64,000 nt of DNA from Limnohabitans sp. (GCF_017848645.1 NZ_JAFEIF010000077.1:38398-102397); one strand, 5' to 3'; shown: positions 10,340-25,647, counted from the first letter of the stretch. Numbers and translations: made by a program. The notes: generated from the letters alone by a model not told the origin.

Positions 10340-11002
10340 TCAATGGCTGCGTTTGCTGCGTGTGAGGTCCACGCCGAGTTGCTTGAGCTTGCGGTACAGG
10401 TGGGTGCGTTCGAGCCCGGTTTTTTCGGCCACACGGGTCATGGAGCCGCCTTCGTGGGCCAGGTGGAATTCAAAGTAGGCTTTTTCGAAAGCGTCACGCG
10501 CTTCGCGCAACGGACGGTCGAGTTCAAAGCTTTGTTGCACGTCAGGTGCCGAAACGTTTTCGGTGGCGACCACCGTGGACATGGACAACACGCTGGGCGG
10601 CGGGGGAGGGCTGGCGGCCAACATGGCTTGCTGCACTTGGTCGCGGGCCAGGCCTTGCTCAACCGCCTTGAGCAGTTTTTGCAAGGTGATGGGCTTTTCC
10701 AGAAAGGCGTGTGCGCCAATCTTGACGGCGTCTACGGCGGTGTCGATGGTTGCGTGGCCGCTCATCATGATCACGGGCATGTTCAGCAAGCCATTGGCAG
10801 CCCACTCCTTGAGCAGGCTCACCCCGTCGGTGTCGGGCATCCAGATGTCGAGCAACACGAGGTCGGGGCGCATGTTCTGGCGGGCCTCGCGCGCTTGCGC
10901 AGCGTTTTCGGCAAGCTCGACCTGGTGACCCTCGTCGAAGAGGATTTCTGAGAGCAGGTCGCGAATGCCCAGCTCGTCGTCCACCACCAATATATTTGCC
11001 AT
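10340..11002 (-). CDS. ntrX: Response regulator, REC + Fis-type HTH (short NtrX-like)
   Basis: MANILVVDDE, LLDIWMPD, MSGHAT, FLEKP; C-terminal MTRVAEKTGLERTHLYRKLKQLG; no AAA+ domain. Confidence 0.85.
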   Translation of the reverse strand: MANILVVDDELGIRDLLSEILFDEGHQVELAENAAQAREARQNMRPDLVLLDIWMPDTDGVSLLKEWAANGLLNMPVIMMSGHATIDTAVDAVKIGAHAFLEKPITLQKLLKAVEQGLARDQVQQAMLAASPPPPPSVLSMSTVVATENVSAPDVQQSFELDRPLREARDAFEKAYFEFHLAHEGGSMTRVAEKTGLERTHLYRKLKQLGVDLTRSKRSH

Positions 11003-11021
11003 ATGCCTGTTTTGTCTCTGT

Positions 11022-13319
11022 TCATGAAGGGGGCTGTTCCAGCCCCTGTGCGGTTTGCGCCACTGCGAATGATAACGAGACTTGAGCGCCTTGAATGTCA
11101 CCGCCCTCTTGCACGTTGGCCATGTCGATGCGGGCACCGTGTTCGTCGGCGATTTTTTTGACCACCGCCAGGCCCAGGCCCGTGCCTTTAGCCTTGGTGG
11201 TGACATAGGGCTCGAAGGCCCGCTGCAAGATGTTGGGGGCAAAGCCGGGGCCGGTGTCGGTCACCGTCAAGCGCACCCGCTGTCGCTGCGCACGCCACTC
11301 GGTGCGCACGCGCACGCGGGCTGTGGCCAGGCCTTGGCCTCGGGCCTCGCAAGCGTCTTGCGCGTTTTGCAACAGGTTGTGGATGACCTGGCGCAACTGT
11401 TGTTCGTCACCCAGGATGGCGGGGCATGCGGCATCGAGCTCGGTGATCACTTGGGCCCGGGCCACGCTGTCGTGCGGCTCGCTGGCATAGAGGGCCAGCA
11501 CATCGTTGACCAGCGCATTGAGTTGCAGCGGCTTGAGCTCTGCCGTTGGCAAACGCGCGTAGTCGCGGAATTCGTTGACCAGGCGCTTCATGGCTTCCAC
11601 CTGGTCGACGATGGTTTTGACCGATTTGGCCAGCACCGCGTCGTCTTGGGCTTCCAGTTTGCCGATCAGGCGTCTTTGCAGGCGCTCGGCCGACAGCTGA
11701 ATGGGTGTCAAGGGGTTCTTGATTTCGTGCGCCAAGCGGCGGGCCACTTCGCCCCAGGCCTGGGCGCGTTCGGCCGAAACGATTTCCGAGATGTCGTCGA
11801 ACACCAGCAAGCGCATGCCGTCGGGCAAGACGGCCCCGCGTGCCAGCAGTGTCACGCCGGTCTGGCTCAGCCCTTGGCCTGCGGCGTGGATGTCAAAAGA
11901 TTTTTGCCAATGATCCAACTCGTGCGCGTCGGTGCCGGCGTGCAAGGCCTTGAATTGCGCATCCACCTCTTGCGCGAAAGCCATCAGACCAGGCAGGCCT
12001 TGCAGGCCCTGGCCTTCGTGGGCGCAGACCGGCACGCGCAAGATGCGTGTGGCCCCAGGGTTGGCCGACACGATGGTGCCCTGTGCGTCCAGCACCATGA
12101 CCCCGGCCGTGAGGTTGTCCAGGATGGTTTGCAGTTTGCTTCTGGCCTGGTCAAGCTGGCTCAGGCTGCGCTCTCCGCTGGCGCGGGCGTCGGCCAGCTG
12201 TTGGGTCATGTCGGCAAACGAGCGGGTCAGGCCACCCAGCTCGTCTTTGCCTTGCAGCGCCAGTTTGGGCCGCAAGTCTCCGGCCGCCACCTGGCGCATG
12301 CCGTGGGCCAGCAGCAGCAAGGGCCGCGCCAGTTGGTTGCCCAGCAAGACAGCCAACAAGATGGCCCCCAGCACGGCCAGGAACAAGCTCAGCGTGAGTG
12401 TGCCGATGTACATGCGCCGCAGACCGTCACGGGCCAGGGCCCGCTCCTGGTATTCGCGGTAGGCCGCTTGCACTTCCAATGCGTTGTTGACCAGTGTGGG
12501 GGGCAGCTCTTGGGTCACCATCAGCAAACGCCGGTCTTCGCTCAAGGCCAGGCTCCACTGCGGAAACAGCACCAAGACCTTGATGCGGCCCTTGTCCCCC
12601 CCGGGAATGGCTTCGTCAAGCCCCTCCACCCAGGCCAGGCTCCCGTTTTGACGCGCTTCGCGCAGTTGCTGGGGTGTGGGACGGTCGGTCCTCAGTTGAA
12701 AGCGCGAAGGCCCCGCACTGGCCACCATTTGCCCGCCCAAGCTCCAGATGGCCACATCGCTGGCACCCAGTTGTGTGCGGATTTTTTCGGCCGCCAGGGC
12801 CGGGTTGAGTTCGCTCGCTTCTGCCCAGTTGGCGGCAGCGGCACGGCCTTGTTTGCTCAGGTCCTCACTCAAGGTGTCCAGGGTGGCACGCCCCAGGTTC
12901 AGGCCAGCCACCAAAGCCGCTTCCACCTTCACATCGAACCAGCTTTCAATCGAGCGCGAGACGAACTGGTAAGACACCACATAGATGAGCAAACCGGGGA
13001 TGACACCCACCAGCGCAAAGATGCCTGCCAGCTTGACCAACAAGCGTGAGCCGAACTGGCCTTTGTACAAGCTGCGCAACAAGCGCACCATGCCCCACAA
13101 GATGGTGATCAACAAACCACTGGCCACCACCGCGTTGATGATCACCAGCCATTCGTAGTTCTGGTTGTATCGCTCGCGGTTACCCGTGGCCTGCGTCATG
13201 AGCACCAGCAAGCCAATGCCGATGACGGCCACACTCAGGGCACCCACCACCATCAGCCAGCGGCTGGTTCGCGAGGGCCGCTCGGTCAATGGCTCGCGGG
13301 AGGCTTTGAGCCAGGCCAT
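11022..13319 (-). CDS. ntrY: Sensor histidine kinase, HAMP-PAS (NtrY-like)
   Basis: AWGEVARRLAHEIKNPLTPIQLSAERL H-box, HNLLQNA, DTGPG, TTKAKGTGLGL. Confidence 0.87.
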   Translation of the reverse strand: MAWLKASREPLTERPSRTSRWLMVVGALSVAVIGIGLLVLMTQATGNRERYNQNYEWLVIINAVVASGLLITILWGMVRLLRSLYKGQFGSRLLVKLAGIFALVGVIPGLLIYVVSYQFVSRSIESWFDVKVEAALVAGLNLGRATLDTLSEDLSKQGRAAAANWAEASELNPALAAEKIRTQLGASDVAIWSLGGQMVASAGPSRFQLRTDRPTPQQLREARQNGSLAWVEGLDEAIPGGDKGRIKVLVLFPQWSLALSEDRRLLMVTQELPPTLVNNALEVQAAYREYQERALARDGLRRMYIGTLTLSLFLAVLGAILLAVLLGNQLARPLLLLAHGMRQVAAGDLRPKLALQGKDELGGLTRSFADMTQQLADARASGERSLSQLDQARSKLQTILDNLTAGVMVLDAQGTIVSANPGATRILRVPVCAHEGQGLQGLPGLMAFAQEVDAQFKALHAGTDAHELDHWQKSFDIHAAGQGLSQTGVTLLARGAVLPDGMRLLVFDDISEIVSAERAQAWGEVARRLAHEIKNPLTPIQLSAERLQRRLIGKLEAQDDAVLAKSVKTIVDQVEAMKRLVNEFRDYARLPTAELKPLQLNALVNDVLALYASEPHDSVARAQVITELDAACPAILGDEQQLRQVIHNLLQNAQDACEARGQGLATARVRVRTEWRAQRQRVRLTVTDTGPGFAPNILQRAFEPYVTTKAKGTGLGLAVVKKIADEHGARIDMANVQEGGDIQGAQVSLSFAVAQTAQGLEQPPS

Positions 13320-13320
13320 G

Positions 13321-13959
13321 TCAGCGCACCAGCTCTTCGCTCAGGCGCAAGGTCTTGATGACCTGCAGGTTCCAGTCGGCCTGGTTGCCGGCTGCAATCT
13401 GGAAAGGACGGGGCAGCTGCGAGACATCGAGTCTGAAGTCATAGCGCAGGCGTTGGCGGGCATCGGGGTCCAGGCTCTGGGCATCGGCGATTTTCCAGGC
13501 CGATTGACGCCGGATCACGCTCAAGGCCTCGGCCAGGGTTTCGAAGTTCTGTGAAATGCTGCCCGCCAAGCCTGTGCCTGAAATCGGCTCGCTGGAGACA
13601 TTCAGGCGCCAGCGGCGGGTCAAGGGTTGAAAGGCCAGCCGGTAATAACGGCTGGCCGCGCCGATTTTTTTGTCGGTCCAGTACCAGCGGTCTCGCAACA
13701 CCTCGGCTTCGACCACGAAATGCACCGCCAGGCCTTTAATGAGGGCGTCTTCCACGGCCGGGCCGAGTTCCAGCTTCAGCTGGGCATTGAGCAGCAAGGC
13801 ATTGTCTTTGCGCACCGGCATGAGCTCGGTCAGCTCCACGCTGGAGGTTTGCGACCATGCATTGCTCAGGCCCAGCAATGCCACGAGCAAAGCCCGGGCC
13901 AACCAAGCACCCAGCTCAATCCCGATCCTTCTCCAGCAGTGCGTAATAGAAACCGTCAT
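13321..13959 (-). CDS. DUF4390 domain protein (exported)
   Basis: Signal peptide; RDRWYW, RLAFQPLTRRWRL, LDVSQLPRPFQ; canonical position between rsmB and ntrY. Start uncertain. Confidence 0.8.
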   Translation of the reverse strand: MTVSITHCWRRIGIELGAWLARALLVALLGLSNAWSQTSSVELTELMPVRKDNALLLNAQLKLELGPAVEDALIKGLAVHFVVEAEVLRDRWYWTDKKIGAASRYYRLAFQPLTRRWRLNVSSEPISGTGLAGSISQNFETLAEALSVIRRQSAWKIADAQSLDPDARQRLRYDFRLDVSQLPRPFQIAAGNQADWNLQVIKTLRLSEELVR

Positions 13960-15310
13960 GTTCACCCAATGCATTGTGCTCGACAGGAAGGCCTGTGGGT
14001 ATTTTGCCGGGTATCAAATGTCCTGGTGAGGGCAGCATTCTTGCATCTGTGTTGCGCTGAAGAAACGCTTGCACGGTGTCTTCTCCCTCTGAGCGGAAAA
14101 CCGAGCAGGTGCAGTACAGCAAACGTCCACCCGGAGCGAGCAAGGGCCACAGGGCCTTGAGCAGTTGGGCCTGCGTTTGGGCCAGTTGCGCGCTGTCGCC
14201 TGGGCGTCGCAGCCAGCGCACATCGGGGTGTCGGCGCACGATGCCAGAAGCAGTGCAGGGCGCATCGAGCAAGATCGCGTCAAAGGCCACACCGTCCCAC
14301 CACTGCGCAGGCTGGGCGGCATCGGCAGCACGCACCAGGGCACGCGCCTGGGCCTGTGTGCCCAGGCGTTGCAGGTTGTCCTCGATGCGCTGGCACCGCG
14401 CGGCGTCCACATCCAGCGCCATGACCTGGGCGTTGGGGTAGCAAGCCAGCAGGTGGCCTGTTTTGCCCCCTGGTGCGGCGCAGGCATCCAGAATGCGCCA
14501 GGCCTTCTCCGCCTCGCGGCCTTGCAGCAGCAAGGGGGCGGCCACTTGCGCGGCGGCGTCTTGCACCGACACATGGCCCAGCCCAAAACCAGGCAGCTGG
14601 TGCACGGGCACCGCACGCTCGAGTTGCAAACCCGTTGCACCGACCGGCTTGGCTGCCAAACCCATGGCCAGCAACTGCGCCTGGTAATCGACCACGCTGT
14701 GGTGACGGGTGTCCACGCGCAAGCTCATGGGGGCCGGCTCTTGCGCCATGTCCAGCAATTTTTCCCAGTCTTCGGGGTATTCGTCCTGCACACGGGCCAC
14801 CCACCAGCGCGGATGATTCCAGCGTGCCTGGGGGTCGCTGTCGGTGTCTGCCACCAAGGCCTCACGCTCGCGCAGAAAACGGCGCAAACAGGCGTTGATG
14901 AAACCGCTTTGGGCCTGGGTCTGTCTTTGTTGCCGTGCGGCATCGACCGCTTGGTTGACCAAGGTGTGCACAGGGTATGGTGCATCTTCGCCCTGCCAGC
15001 CCAAGGCCAGCGCCGTGCACAACAAGGCGTCGGCCGCTGGGGGCGGTGCCTTGCTGGCCAAACGCTCGCGCAGCGCCATGGCCCGCCCCAGTTGACGCAT
15101 CACCTGAAAGGTGAGGGCCTGGACACCCGGGCGCAGATCGGGCGACACCTTGGCCAATTCGGTGGTCAGGGAACGCCCAGCCCGCACCGCTTGGACCACC
15201 GCTGCCGTGGCTTGCAGCTGCCGCGACAAAGGCACGGACGCGGCGGTGCCTTGATGGGCAGCTGGAGGGCTGTTGGGGTTTTTCTTCTGGCTTGGAGGCT
15301 TGTGGTTCAT
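13916..15310 (-). CDS. rsmB: 16S rRNA m5C967 methyltransferase
   Basis: SVQDAAAQ, LDACAAPGGKT, DAPCTASG, YCTCS; start MNHKPP at 15310. Confidence 0.93.
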   Translation of the reverse strand: MNHKPPSQKKNPNSPPAAHQGTAASVPLSRQLQATAAVVQAVRAGRSLTTELAKVSPDLRPGVQALTFQVMRQLGRAMALRERLASKAPPPAADALLCTALALGWQGEDAPYPVHTLVNQAVDAARQQRQTQAQSGFINACLRRFLREREALVADTDSDPQARWNHPRWWVARVQDEYPEDWEKLLDMAQEPAPMSLRVDTRHHSVVDYQAQLLAMGLAAKPVGATGLQLERAVPVHQLPGFGLGHVSVQDAAAQVAAPLLLQGREAEKAWRILDACAAPGGKTGHLLACYPNAQVMALDVDAARCQRIEDNLQRLGTQAQARALVRAADAAQPAQWWDGVAFDAILLDAPCTASGIVRRHPDVRWLRRPGDSAQLAQTQAQLLKALWPLLAPGGRLLYCTCSVFRSEGEDTVQAFLQRNTDARMLPSPGHLIPGKIPTGLPVEHNALGEHDGFYYALLEKDRD

Positions 15311-15321
15311 GGCAGCGTATC

Positions 15322-15864
15322 TCAGGTAGAGGCCATGGTCAGGTCCAAGCGAACAGCGGGTTTGAAGTTCAAACGCCGCGCCAGCCACGAAGCCGGGCGC
15401 ATGTCCAAAGCGTCGTTGTAGGCCCCGACTGCCACATGGTAAGGAATCATGGCTGCGGGCAAGGTTTGGCGCATGCGGTTCAGGGCAATGTCCAGATCGG
15501 GGCGGATGGCCTCTGGGGCTTGCTGCTGCAGCAAGCGGATTTCACTGACCAGCTGCAGGTGCTGACTGATCACCTGCTTGAGCACCGCTTCGTCCAGGGG
15601 CTGCATGCGGGCTTGCGTGAGGGCTTCGAGCATCTGGTCACTGGCAGCCTGCACCGCCAGCAACTCTTGCGCTTCGGCCTCGCCCACCAGGCTTTGCCGC
15701 GCCGCCAACCCCCCTTGCAAACGCACCAACAGGCGCAGCCAAACAGCGTCCACACTGCTCCATTGGCGCACCACTTCGGCGCGCAAACGCACCAAACGGT
15801 TATGCGCACCCACCGACCAAAACAGGCACAAAGCCAGCACTACGCCCACCACCAGAGCACCCAT
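15322..15864 (-). CDS. LemA family protein
   Basis: N-terminal TM, HNRLVRLR, C-terminal YHVAVGAYNDAL...PASWLAR...F pattern. Confidence 0.75.
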   Translation of the reverse strand: MGALVVGVVLALCLFWSVGAHNRLVRLRAEVVRQWSSVDAVWLRLLVRLQGGLAARQSLVGEAEAQELLAVQAASDQMLEALTQARMQPLDEAVLKQVISQHLQLVSEIRLLQQQAPEAIRPDLDIALNRMRQTLPAAMIPYHVAVGAYNDALDMRPASWLARRLNFKPAVRLDLTMAST

Positions 15865-15891
15865 GTTGCATTCCTCGCAGGGTCATTGTCC

Positions 15892-15930
15892 AAAAAGAAC
15901 AGCCCCTGTCCACATGGCGGTACAGGGGCT
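15892..15930 (-). terminator. Probable rpoC terminator
   Basis: AGCCCCTGT/ACAGGGGCT 9-bp stem (15901-15930) followed by GTTCTTTTT on minus strand. Confidence 0.55.
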
Positions 15931-15965
15931 GAATGGGCTCACCGCTCAAGCGGTGAACGCGTCGC

Positions 15966-18900
15966 TCAGGCGGCTTCGCCAGCGTCGGTGACGGTGTCCT
16001 CAGCCGTGTCACCGGCCAAGTCCGCAGCTTCGGCTTCGGCAATGGCACGGCGCTCGGCGTCGTCCATGGCGTCCTTGACTTTGCGTGCCTGGTGGTAAGC
16101 CAAGCCGGTACCGGCAGGTATCAAGCGACCCACGATCACGTTTTCCTTCAGGCCACGCAGCTCGTCGCGCTTGCCCATGATGGCCGCTTCGGTCAACACG
16201 CGGGTCGTTTCCTGGAAGGAAGCGGCCGAGATGAACGAGTCGGTCGACAAGGAGGCCTTCGTGATACCCAGCAACAAGTTGCTGAAGGTCGCGGGGATCT
16301 TGCCGTCGCGCTGCAAGGCGTCGTTGGTGTTGAGCATTTCGGAGCGCTCCACCTGCTCACCGGAAATGTAGTTGGAGTCGCCGATGTTCTCGACCACCAC
16401 GCGGCGCAGCATCTGACGAACAATCACTTCGATGTGCTTGTCGTTGATCTTCACGCCTTGCAAGCGGTAAACGTCCTGCACTTCGTCCACGATGTAGCGG
16501 GCCAGCTCTTCGATGCCCAGCAGGCGCAAGATGTCTTGTGGATCGGCCGGGCCGTCCACAATGCTCTCGCCCTTGTTGACCACTTGGCCTTCGTGCACCA
16601 GGATGTTCTTTTCCTTGGGGATCAGTTCATCCCAGACCTTGCCTTCTGGGTCGGTGATCTGCAAGCGGACCTTGCCTTTGGTTTCCTTGCCGAACGACAC
16701 GGTGCCAGTGATCTCGGCCAGCATGCCCTTGTCTTTGGGTGTGCGGGCTTCAAACAGTTCGGCCACACGGGGCAGACCGCCGGTGATGTCTCGGGTCTTT
16801 TGACCTTCGACCGGGATACGGGCCAGCACTTCGCCAGGGCCCACGTCCATGCCGTCGCGCACCTGGATCAGCGAGCCGATCTGGAAGCCGATGGTCACCG
16901 AGTGGTCGGTGCCAGGGATCTTGACTTCTTTACCAGCCGCATCGATCAGCTTGACCTGTGGGCGAATGACCTTGGCTGCGCCACGGCGCTTGGGGTCAAT
17001 GACCACCAGGGTCGACAAGCCGGTCACTTCGTCGAGCTGCTTGGCCACAGTCAGGCCTTCTTCGACGTTTTCGAACTTCACGGTACCAGCGTACTCGGTG
17101 ATGATCGGACGTGTCAGCGGGTCCCAGTTGGCCAAAATGGCACCAGCCTTGATGGTCTGGTCGGCCTTGACCGACAAGATGGCACCGTAGGGCACTTTGT
17201 GGCGCTCGCGCTCACGGCCGTGCTCGGTGATGACGATCTCGCCGGAGCGGGAAATCACCACCAACTCACCTTTGCTGTTGGTCACATAACGCATGGTGGC
17301 GTTGAAACCAATGGTGCCGTTGGACTTGGCTTCCACGCTGGAGGCCACAGCGGCACGCGAAGCCGCACCACCGATGTGGAACGTCCGCATGGTCAGCTGG
17401 GTGCCGGGTTCGCCAATCGACTGGGCAGCAATCACACCGACCGCTTCGCCGTTGTTGACCAAGCCGCCACGGCCCAGATCGCGGCCATAGCACTTGGCGC
17501 ACAAGCCGAAACGTGTGGCGCAAGTCAGCGCTGTGCGCACTTTGACTTCGTCCACGCCAGCGGCTTCGAGTTCGTCGAGCATGTCTTCATCAAGCAAGAC
17601 GCCCGCTTCGGCCAGCACCGCACGGTTTTCTGGGTGCAGGACGTCTTCGACGACGGTACGGCCCAGGATACGGTCACGCAGCGATTCGATCACTTCACCG
17701 CCTTCGACGATGGCGCGCATCAGCGAGCCGTCGGTGGTGCCGCAATCGAGCTCGGTCACGACCAAGTCTTGGGTCACGTCCACCAAACGACGGGTCAGGT
17801 AACCTGAGTTGGCCGTCTTCAAAGCCGTGTCGGCCAGACCTTTACGTGCACCGTGTGTCGAGATGAAGTACTGCAACACGTTCAGACCCTCACGGAAGTT
17901 CGCCGTGATGGGGGTCTCGATGATGGAGCCGTCTGGCTTGGCCATCAGACCGCGCATACCGGCCAACTGGCGAATCTGCGCTGCAGAGCCGCGCGCACCG
18001 GAGTCGGCCATCATGTAAATCGAGTTGAACGATTCCTGGTCGACTTCGTTGCCGTGGCGGTCAATGGTGCGCTCTTTGCGCAGCTGGTCCATCATCACCT
18101 TGGAGACGACGTCACCGGCTTTGCCCCAGATGTCAACGACCTTGTTGTAGCGCTCGCCAGCGGTCACCAGACCGGAGACGTATTGCTGCTCGATGTCTTT
18201 GACTTCTTTTTCGGCCGCTTCGATGATGGCGGGCTTCTCAGGCGGCACCAACATGTCGTCGATGCCGATCGAGATACCGGCGCGAGTGGCCAAACGGAAA
18301 CCGTTTTGCAGCAACTTGTCGGCAAACACCACGGTCTCTTTCAAGCCGCACTTGCGGAAAGACGTGTTGATCAGCTTGGAGATTTCCTTCTTCTTCAGCG
18401 CCTTGTTCAGGTTGCTGAAAGGCAGGCCCTTGGGCAGGATCTCGGACAACAAGGCACGGCCCACGGTGGTTTCCACCATCGACACCGACGAGCTGAATTC
18501 GCCCGTGGCCTTGTCTTTCGTCCACTCCGTCATGCGCACGTTGATCTTGGCGGTCAACTCCACAGCATTGGCGTCCAGGGCGCGCTGCACTTCACCGATG
18601 TCGGAGAAGATCAGGCCTTCGCCTTTGGCGTTGATGCGGTCACGTGTGGCGTAGTACAAGCCCAGCACCACGTCTTGCGATGGAACGATGGACGGCTCGC
18701 CCGATGCAGGGAACAAGATGTTGTTCGAAGCCAGCATCAGGGTGCGGGCTTCCATTTGCGCTTCGACCGACAAAGGCACGTGAACGGCCATCTGGTCACC
18801 GTCGAAGTCGGCGTTGAAGGCCGCGCAAACGAGGGGGTGCAACTGGATGGCTTTGCCTTCGATCAGCAAGGGCTCAAAAGCCTGAATACCCAAACGGTGC

Positions 18901-20180
18901 AGCGTCGGCGCACGGTTGAGCATGACGGGGTGCTCTTTGATGACCTCTTCCAGGATGTCCCACACCACGGGGGTGCCGGCTTCGACTTCCTTCTTGGCGG
19001 CCTTGATGGTGGTCGCGATGCCCATGGCTTCGAGACGCGCAAAGATGAAGGGCTTGAACAGCTCAATCGCCATCAGCTTGGGCAAACCGCACTGGTGCAG
19101 CTTAAGAGTTGGACCCACGGTGATCACGGAACGACCGGAGTAGTCCACCCGCTTGCCCAGCAAGTTCTGACGGAAACGACCGCTCTTGCCTTTGATCATG
19201 TCGGCCAAAGACTTCAGGGCCCGCTTGTTGGCGCCGGTCATGGCCTTGCCGCGGCGGCCGTTGTCCAGCAAGCTGTCCACGGCTTCTTGCAACATGCGCT
19301 TTTCGTTGCGCGCGATGATCTCGGGCGCTTTGAGTTCCAGCAAACGGCGCAGACGGCTGTTGCGGTTGATCACGCGGCGGTACAGGTCGTTCAGGTCGGA
19401 GGTCGCAAAGCGGCCGCCGTCCAGTGGCACCAAAGGACGCAGGTCCGGTGGCAACACGGGCAGCACTTCGAGCACCATCCACTCGGGCTTGATGCCCGAC
19501 TTCTTGAACGCTTCCAGCACCTTGAGGCGCTTGGAATTTTTCTTGACCTTGAGTTCGGAGCCGGTCAGGTCACCGCGCAGGCGCTCGATTTCGCTTTCGA
19601 TGTCGATGCCTTGCAGCAATTCCTTGATGCCCTCGGCGCCCATCTTGGCCACGAATTCGTCGCCGTACTCTTTGACTTTGGCGTCGTAATCGTCCTCGGA
19701 CATGATGCCGAATTTCTTCAGCGGGGTCATGCCCGGGTCGGTCACCACATAGGCTTCAAAGTACAGCACGCGTTCGATGTCACGCAAAGTCATGTCGAGC
19801 ACCAGGCCCAAACGAGACGGCAATGACTTCAGGAACCAGATGTGGGCGCAAGGTGCGGCCAGATCGATGTGACCCATGCGCTCGCGACGCACTTTGGTTT
19901 GTGTGACTTCAACGCCGCACTTCTCGCAGATCACGCCGCGGTGCTTGAGGCGCTTGTACTTGCCGCACAGGCATTCGTAGTCTTTGATAGGGCCAAAAAT
20001 TTTGGCGCAAAACAGACCGTCGCGCTCGGGCTTGAAGGTTCGGTAGTTGATGGTTTCAGGCTTTTTCACTTCGCCAAAAGACCAGGAACGGATCTTCTCG
20101 GGCGATGCCAAGCCGATGCGGATGGCATCGAAATGGTCATCGGGCGTGAACTGCTTGAACAGGTCGAGTAGTGATTTCAT
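15966..20180 (-). CDS. rpoC: RNA polymerase beta' subunit
   Basis: NADFDGDQM catalytic motif, Zn ribbon CLCGKY...CEKC, 1404 aa. Confidence 0.99.
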   Translation of the reverse strand: MKSLLDLFKQFTPDDHFDAIRIGLASPEKIRSWSFGEVKKPETINYRTFKPERDGLFCAKIFGPIKDYECLCGKYKRLKHRGVICEKCGVEVTQTKVRRERMGHIDLAAPCAHIWFLKSLPSRLGLVLDMTLRDIERVLYFEAYVVTDPGMTPLKKFGIMSEDDYDAKVKEYGDEFVAKMGAEGIKELLQGIDIESEIERLRGDLTGSELKVKKNSKRLKVLEAFKKSGIKPEWMVLEVLPVLPPDLRPLVPLDGGRFATSDLNDLYRRVINRNSRLRRLLELKAPEIIARNEKRMLQEAVDSLLDNGRRGKAMTGANKRALKSLADMIKGKSGRFRQNLLGKRVDYSGRSVITVGPTLKLHQCGLPKLMAIELFKPFIFARLEAMGIATTIKAAKKEVEAGTPVVWDILEEVIKEHPVMLNRAPTLHRLGIQAFEPLLIEGKAIQLHPLVCAAFNADFDGDQMAVHVPLSVEAQMEARTLMLASNNILFPASGEPSIVPSQDVVLGLYYATRDRINAKGEGLIFSDIGEVQRALDANAVELTAKINVRMTEWTKDKATGEFSSSVSMVETTVGRALLSEILPKGLPFSNLNKALKKKEISKLINTSFRKCGLKETVVFADKLLQNGFRLATRAGISIGIDDMLVPPEKPAIIEAAEKEVKDIEQQYVSGLVTAGERYNKVVDIWGKAGDVVSKVMMDQLRKERTIDRHGNEVDQESFNSIYMMADSGARGSAAQIRQLAGMRGLMAKPDGSIIETPITANFREGLNVLQYFISTHGARKGLADTALKTANSGYLTRRLVDVTQDLVVTELDCGTTDGSLMRAIVEGGEVIESLRDRILGRTVVEDVLHPENRAVLAEAGVLLDEDMLDELEAAGVDEVKVRTALTCATRFGLCAKCYGRDLGRGGLVNNGEAVGVIAAQSIGEPGTQLTMRTFHIGGAASRAAVASSVEAKSNGTIGFNATMRYVTNSKGELVVISRSGEIVITEHGRERERHKVPYGAILSVKADQTIKAGAILANWDPLTRPIITEYAGTVKFENVEEGLTVAKQLDEVTGLSTLVVIDPKRRGAAKVIRPQVKLIDAAGKEVKIPGTDHSVTIGFQIGSLIQVRDGMDVGPGEVLARIPVEGQKTRDITGGLPRVAELFEARTPKDKGMLAEITGTVSFGKETKGKVRLQITDPEGKVWDELIPKEKNILVHEGQVVNKGESIVDGPADPQDILRLLGIEELARYIVDEVQDVYRLQGVKINDKHIEVIVRQMLRRVVVENIGDSNYISGEQVERSEMLNTNDALQRDGKIPATFSNLLLGITKASLSTDSFISAASFQETTRVLTEAAIMGKRDELRGLKENVIVGRLIPAGTGLAYHQARKVKDAMDDAERRAIAEAEAADLAGDTAEDTVTDAGEAA

Positions 20181-20203
20181 GGTTTGAATCCTTTGCCTGT
20201 GAA

Positions 20204-24328
<4,125 letters not shown>

Positions 24329-24476
24329 GAGATCTCCGGGCTTGATCTTTCAGAACTGGGTGTTGAGCGAGCTGTTGCACTCTCTCAACGGTCTTGGCGG
24401 CTGGCCTCTACCAGCGTTGGCGGACGATTGCGCATTGCACGCAACCCGTACCAAGGGTTTTCTGCAGTCGGGTCAG

Positions 24477-24573
24477 AAAACACTGGAAAGTAGACTTGTT
24501 CAAATCCACTTTCCGGTGTTTCGCTAAAACACTGGAAAGCAGACTGGGTTCAATCCACTTTTCGGTGTGCTCT
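24477..24573 (-). repeat. Tandem ~49-bp imperfect duplication, each unit a long hairpin
   Basis: Plus strand AAAACACTGGAAAGTAGACTTGTTCAAATCCACTTTCCGGTGTT (from 24477) and AAAACACTGGAAAGCAGACTGGGTTCAATCCACTTTTCGGTGTG (from 24526). Confidence 0.85.
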
Positions 24574-24580
24574 TCAAGCA

Positions 24581-24618
24581 CCAAAGGCTGGAGGCCCTTT
24601 CGGACACTCCAGCCTTGG
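24581..24618 (-). terminator. Hairpin immediately after rplL
   Basis: CCAAAGGCTGGAG...CTCCAGCCTTGG near-perfect stem 12 nt past the rplL stop; U tail weak. Confidence 0.5.
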
Positions 24619-24630
24619 AACAAAACCGAA

Positions 24631-25005
24631 TTACTTCAGTTCGGCCTTGGCGCCAGCTTCTTCCAGCTTCTTCTTGGCAGCTTCAGCGTCAGCCTTTGGC
24701 AGGCCTTCTTTGACTGCTTTGGGTGCGCCGTCAACCAGGTCTTTGGCTTCTTTCAAGCCCAGGCCAGTGATTTCGCGCACTGCTTTGATCACGGACACTT
24801 TGTTGGCGCCGGCTTCGAGCAACATGACGTTGAAGTCAGTCTTCTCTTCTGCAGCAGCAGCAGCACCGCCACCAGCAGCAGCAGGAGCGGCCATGGCGGC
24901 AGCGCTCACGCCAAACTTCTCTTCGATGGCTTTCACCAGGTCGTTGAGTTCCATGACCGTCATGCTGTCCAGCGCGGTCAAAAATGCGTCTTTATCGAAT
25001 GCCAT
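24631..25005 (-). CDS. rplL: 50S ribosomal protein L7/L12
   Basis: [31 protein letters not shown]. Confidence 0.98.
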   Translation of the reverse strand: MAFDKDAFLTALDSMTVMELNDLVKAIEEKFGVSAAAMAAPAAAGGGAAAAAEEKTDFNVMLLEAGANKVSVIKAVREITGLGLKEAKDLVDGAPKAVKEGLPKADAEAAKKKLEEAGAKAELK

Positions 25006-25045
25006 TTTTATTTCCTAACAATTGGTTAAAACACGAACGCTGGCC

Positions 25046-25552
25046 TCAAGCGGCAACAGCTTCGCCTTCGCCTTTTTTGGCCGCCAGAGCACCCAACACC
25101 ACAGCGGTGCGGGACATTGGCGACATCAGCAAGCCACACAACTGAGCCAACAAAACTTCTTTCGAAGGGATGCTTGCCAATTGCTTCACGCCGTTGACGT
25201 CCAGGGCCTTGCCTGCAAATGCACCTGCGCGAATGACCAACTTGTCGTTGGTTTTCGCGAATTCGGCCACCACTTTCGCGGCGGCGACTGCATCTTCAGA
25301 GAAGCCATAGATCAGCGGACCGGTCATCTGGTCGGCGACAACTTCAAACTGCGTACCTGTCACAGCACGGCGGGCCAGGGTGTTTTTCAACACGCTCAGC
25401 GAAACGCCCAGGCTGCGAGCTTTGACGCGCAGGTTTGTCATGTCAGCGACCGTGATGCCACGGTATTCCGCCATCACCAGCGTTTGAGCTTTAGCGGCGA
25501 GGTCGGTCACTTCGGAAATGACCGCTTCTTTCTCACTGCGATTCAGACTCAA
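25046..25552 (-). CDS. rplJ: 50S ribosomal protein L10
   Basis: TTG start with SD AAGGAG; [29 protein letters not shown]. Confidence 0.97.
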   Translation of the reverse strand: MSLNRSEKEAVISEVTDLAAKAQTLVMAEYRGITVADMTNLRVKARSLGVSLSVLKNTLARRAVTGTQFEVVADQMTGPLIYGFSEDAVAAAKVVAEFAKTNDKLVIRAGAFAGKALDVNGVKQLASIPSKEVLLAQLCGLLMSPMSRTAVVLGALAAKKGEGEAVAA

Positions 25553-25647
25553 GGTCTACTCCTTTATATGTGTTGTCCGGGTTGCCCCTTGAACACGCCT
25601 ATTTGCAGCGACCAACTGTTTTGGATCTTCATCCATCTGCAGCGGGA

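Noticed and set aside
13916-13974. 44-59 bp overlap of rsmB and DUF4390
   Set aside because: Depends on start choice, and short overlaps are ordinary in this conserved operon.
24477-24573. Possible mini-CRISPR
   Set aside because: Only two adjacent units, no unique spacers and no cas genes; kept instead as duplicated hairpins.
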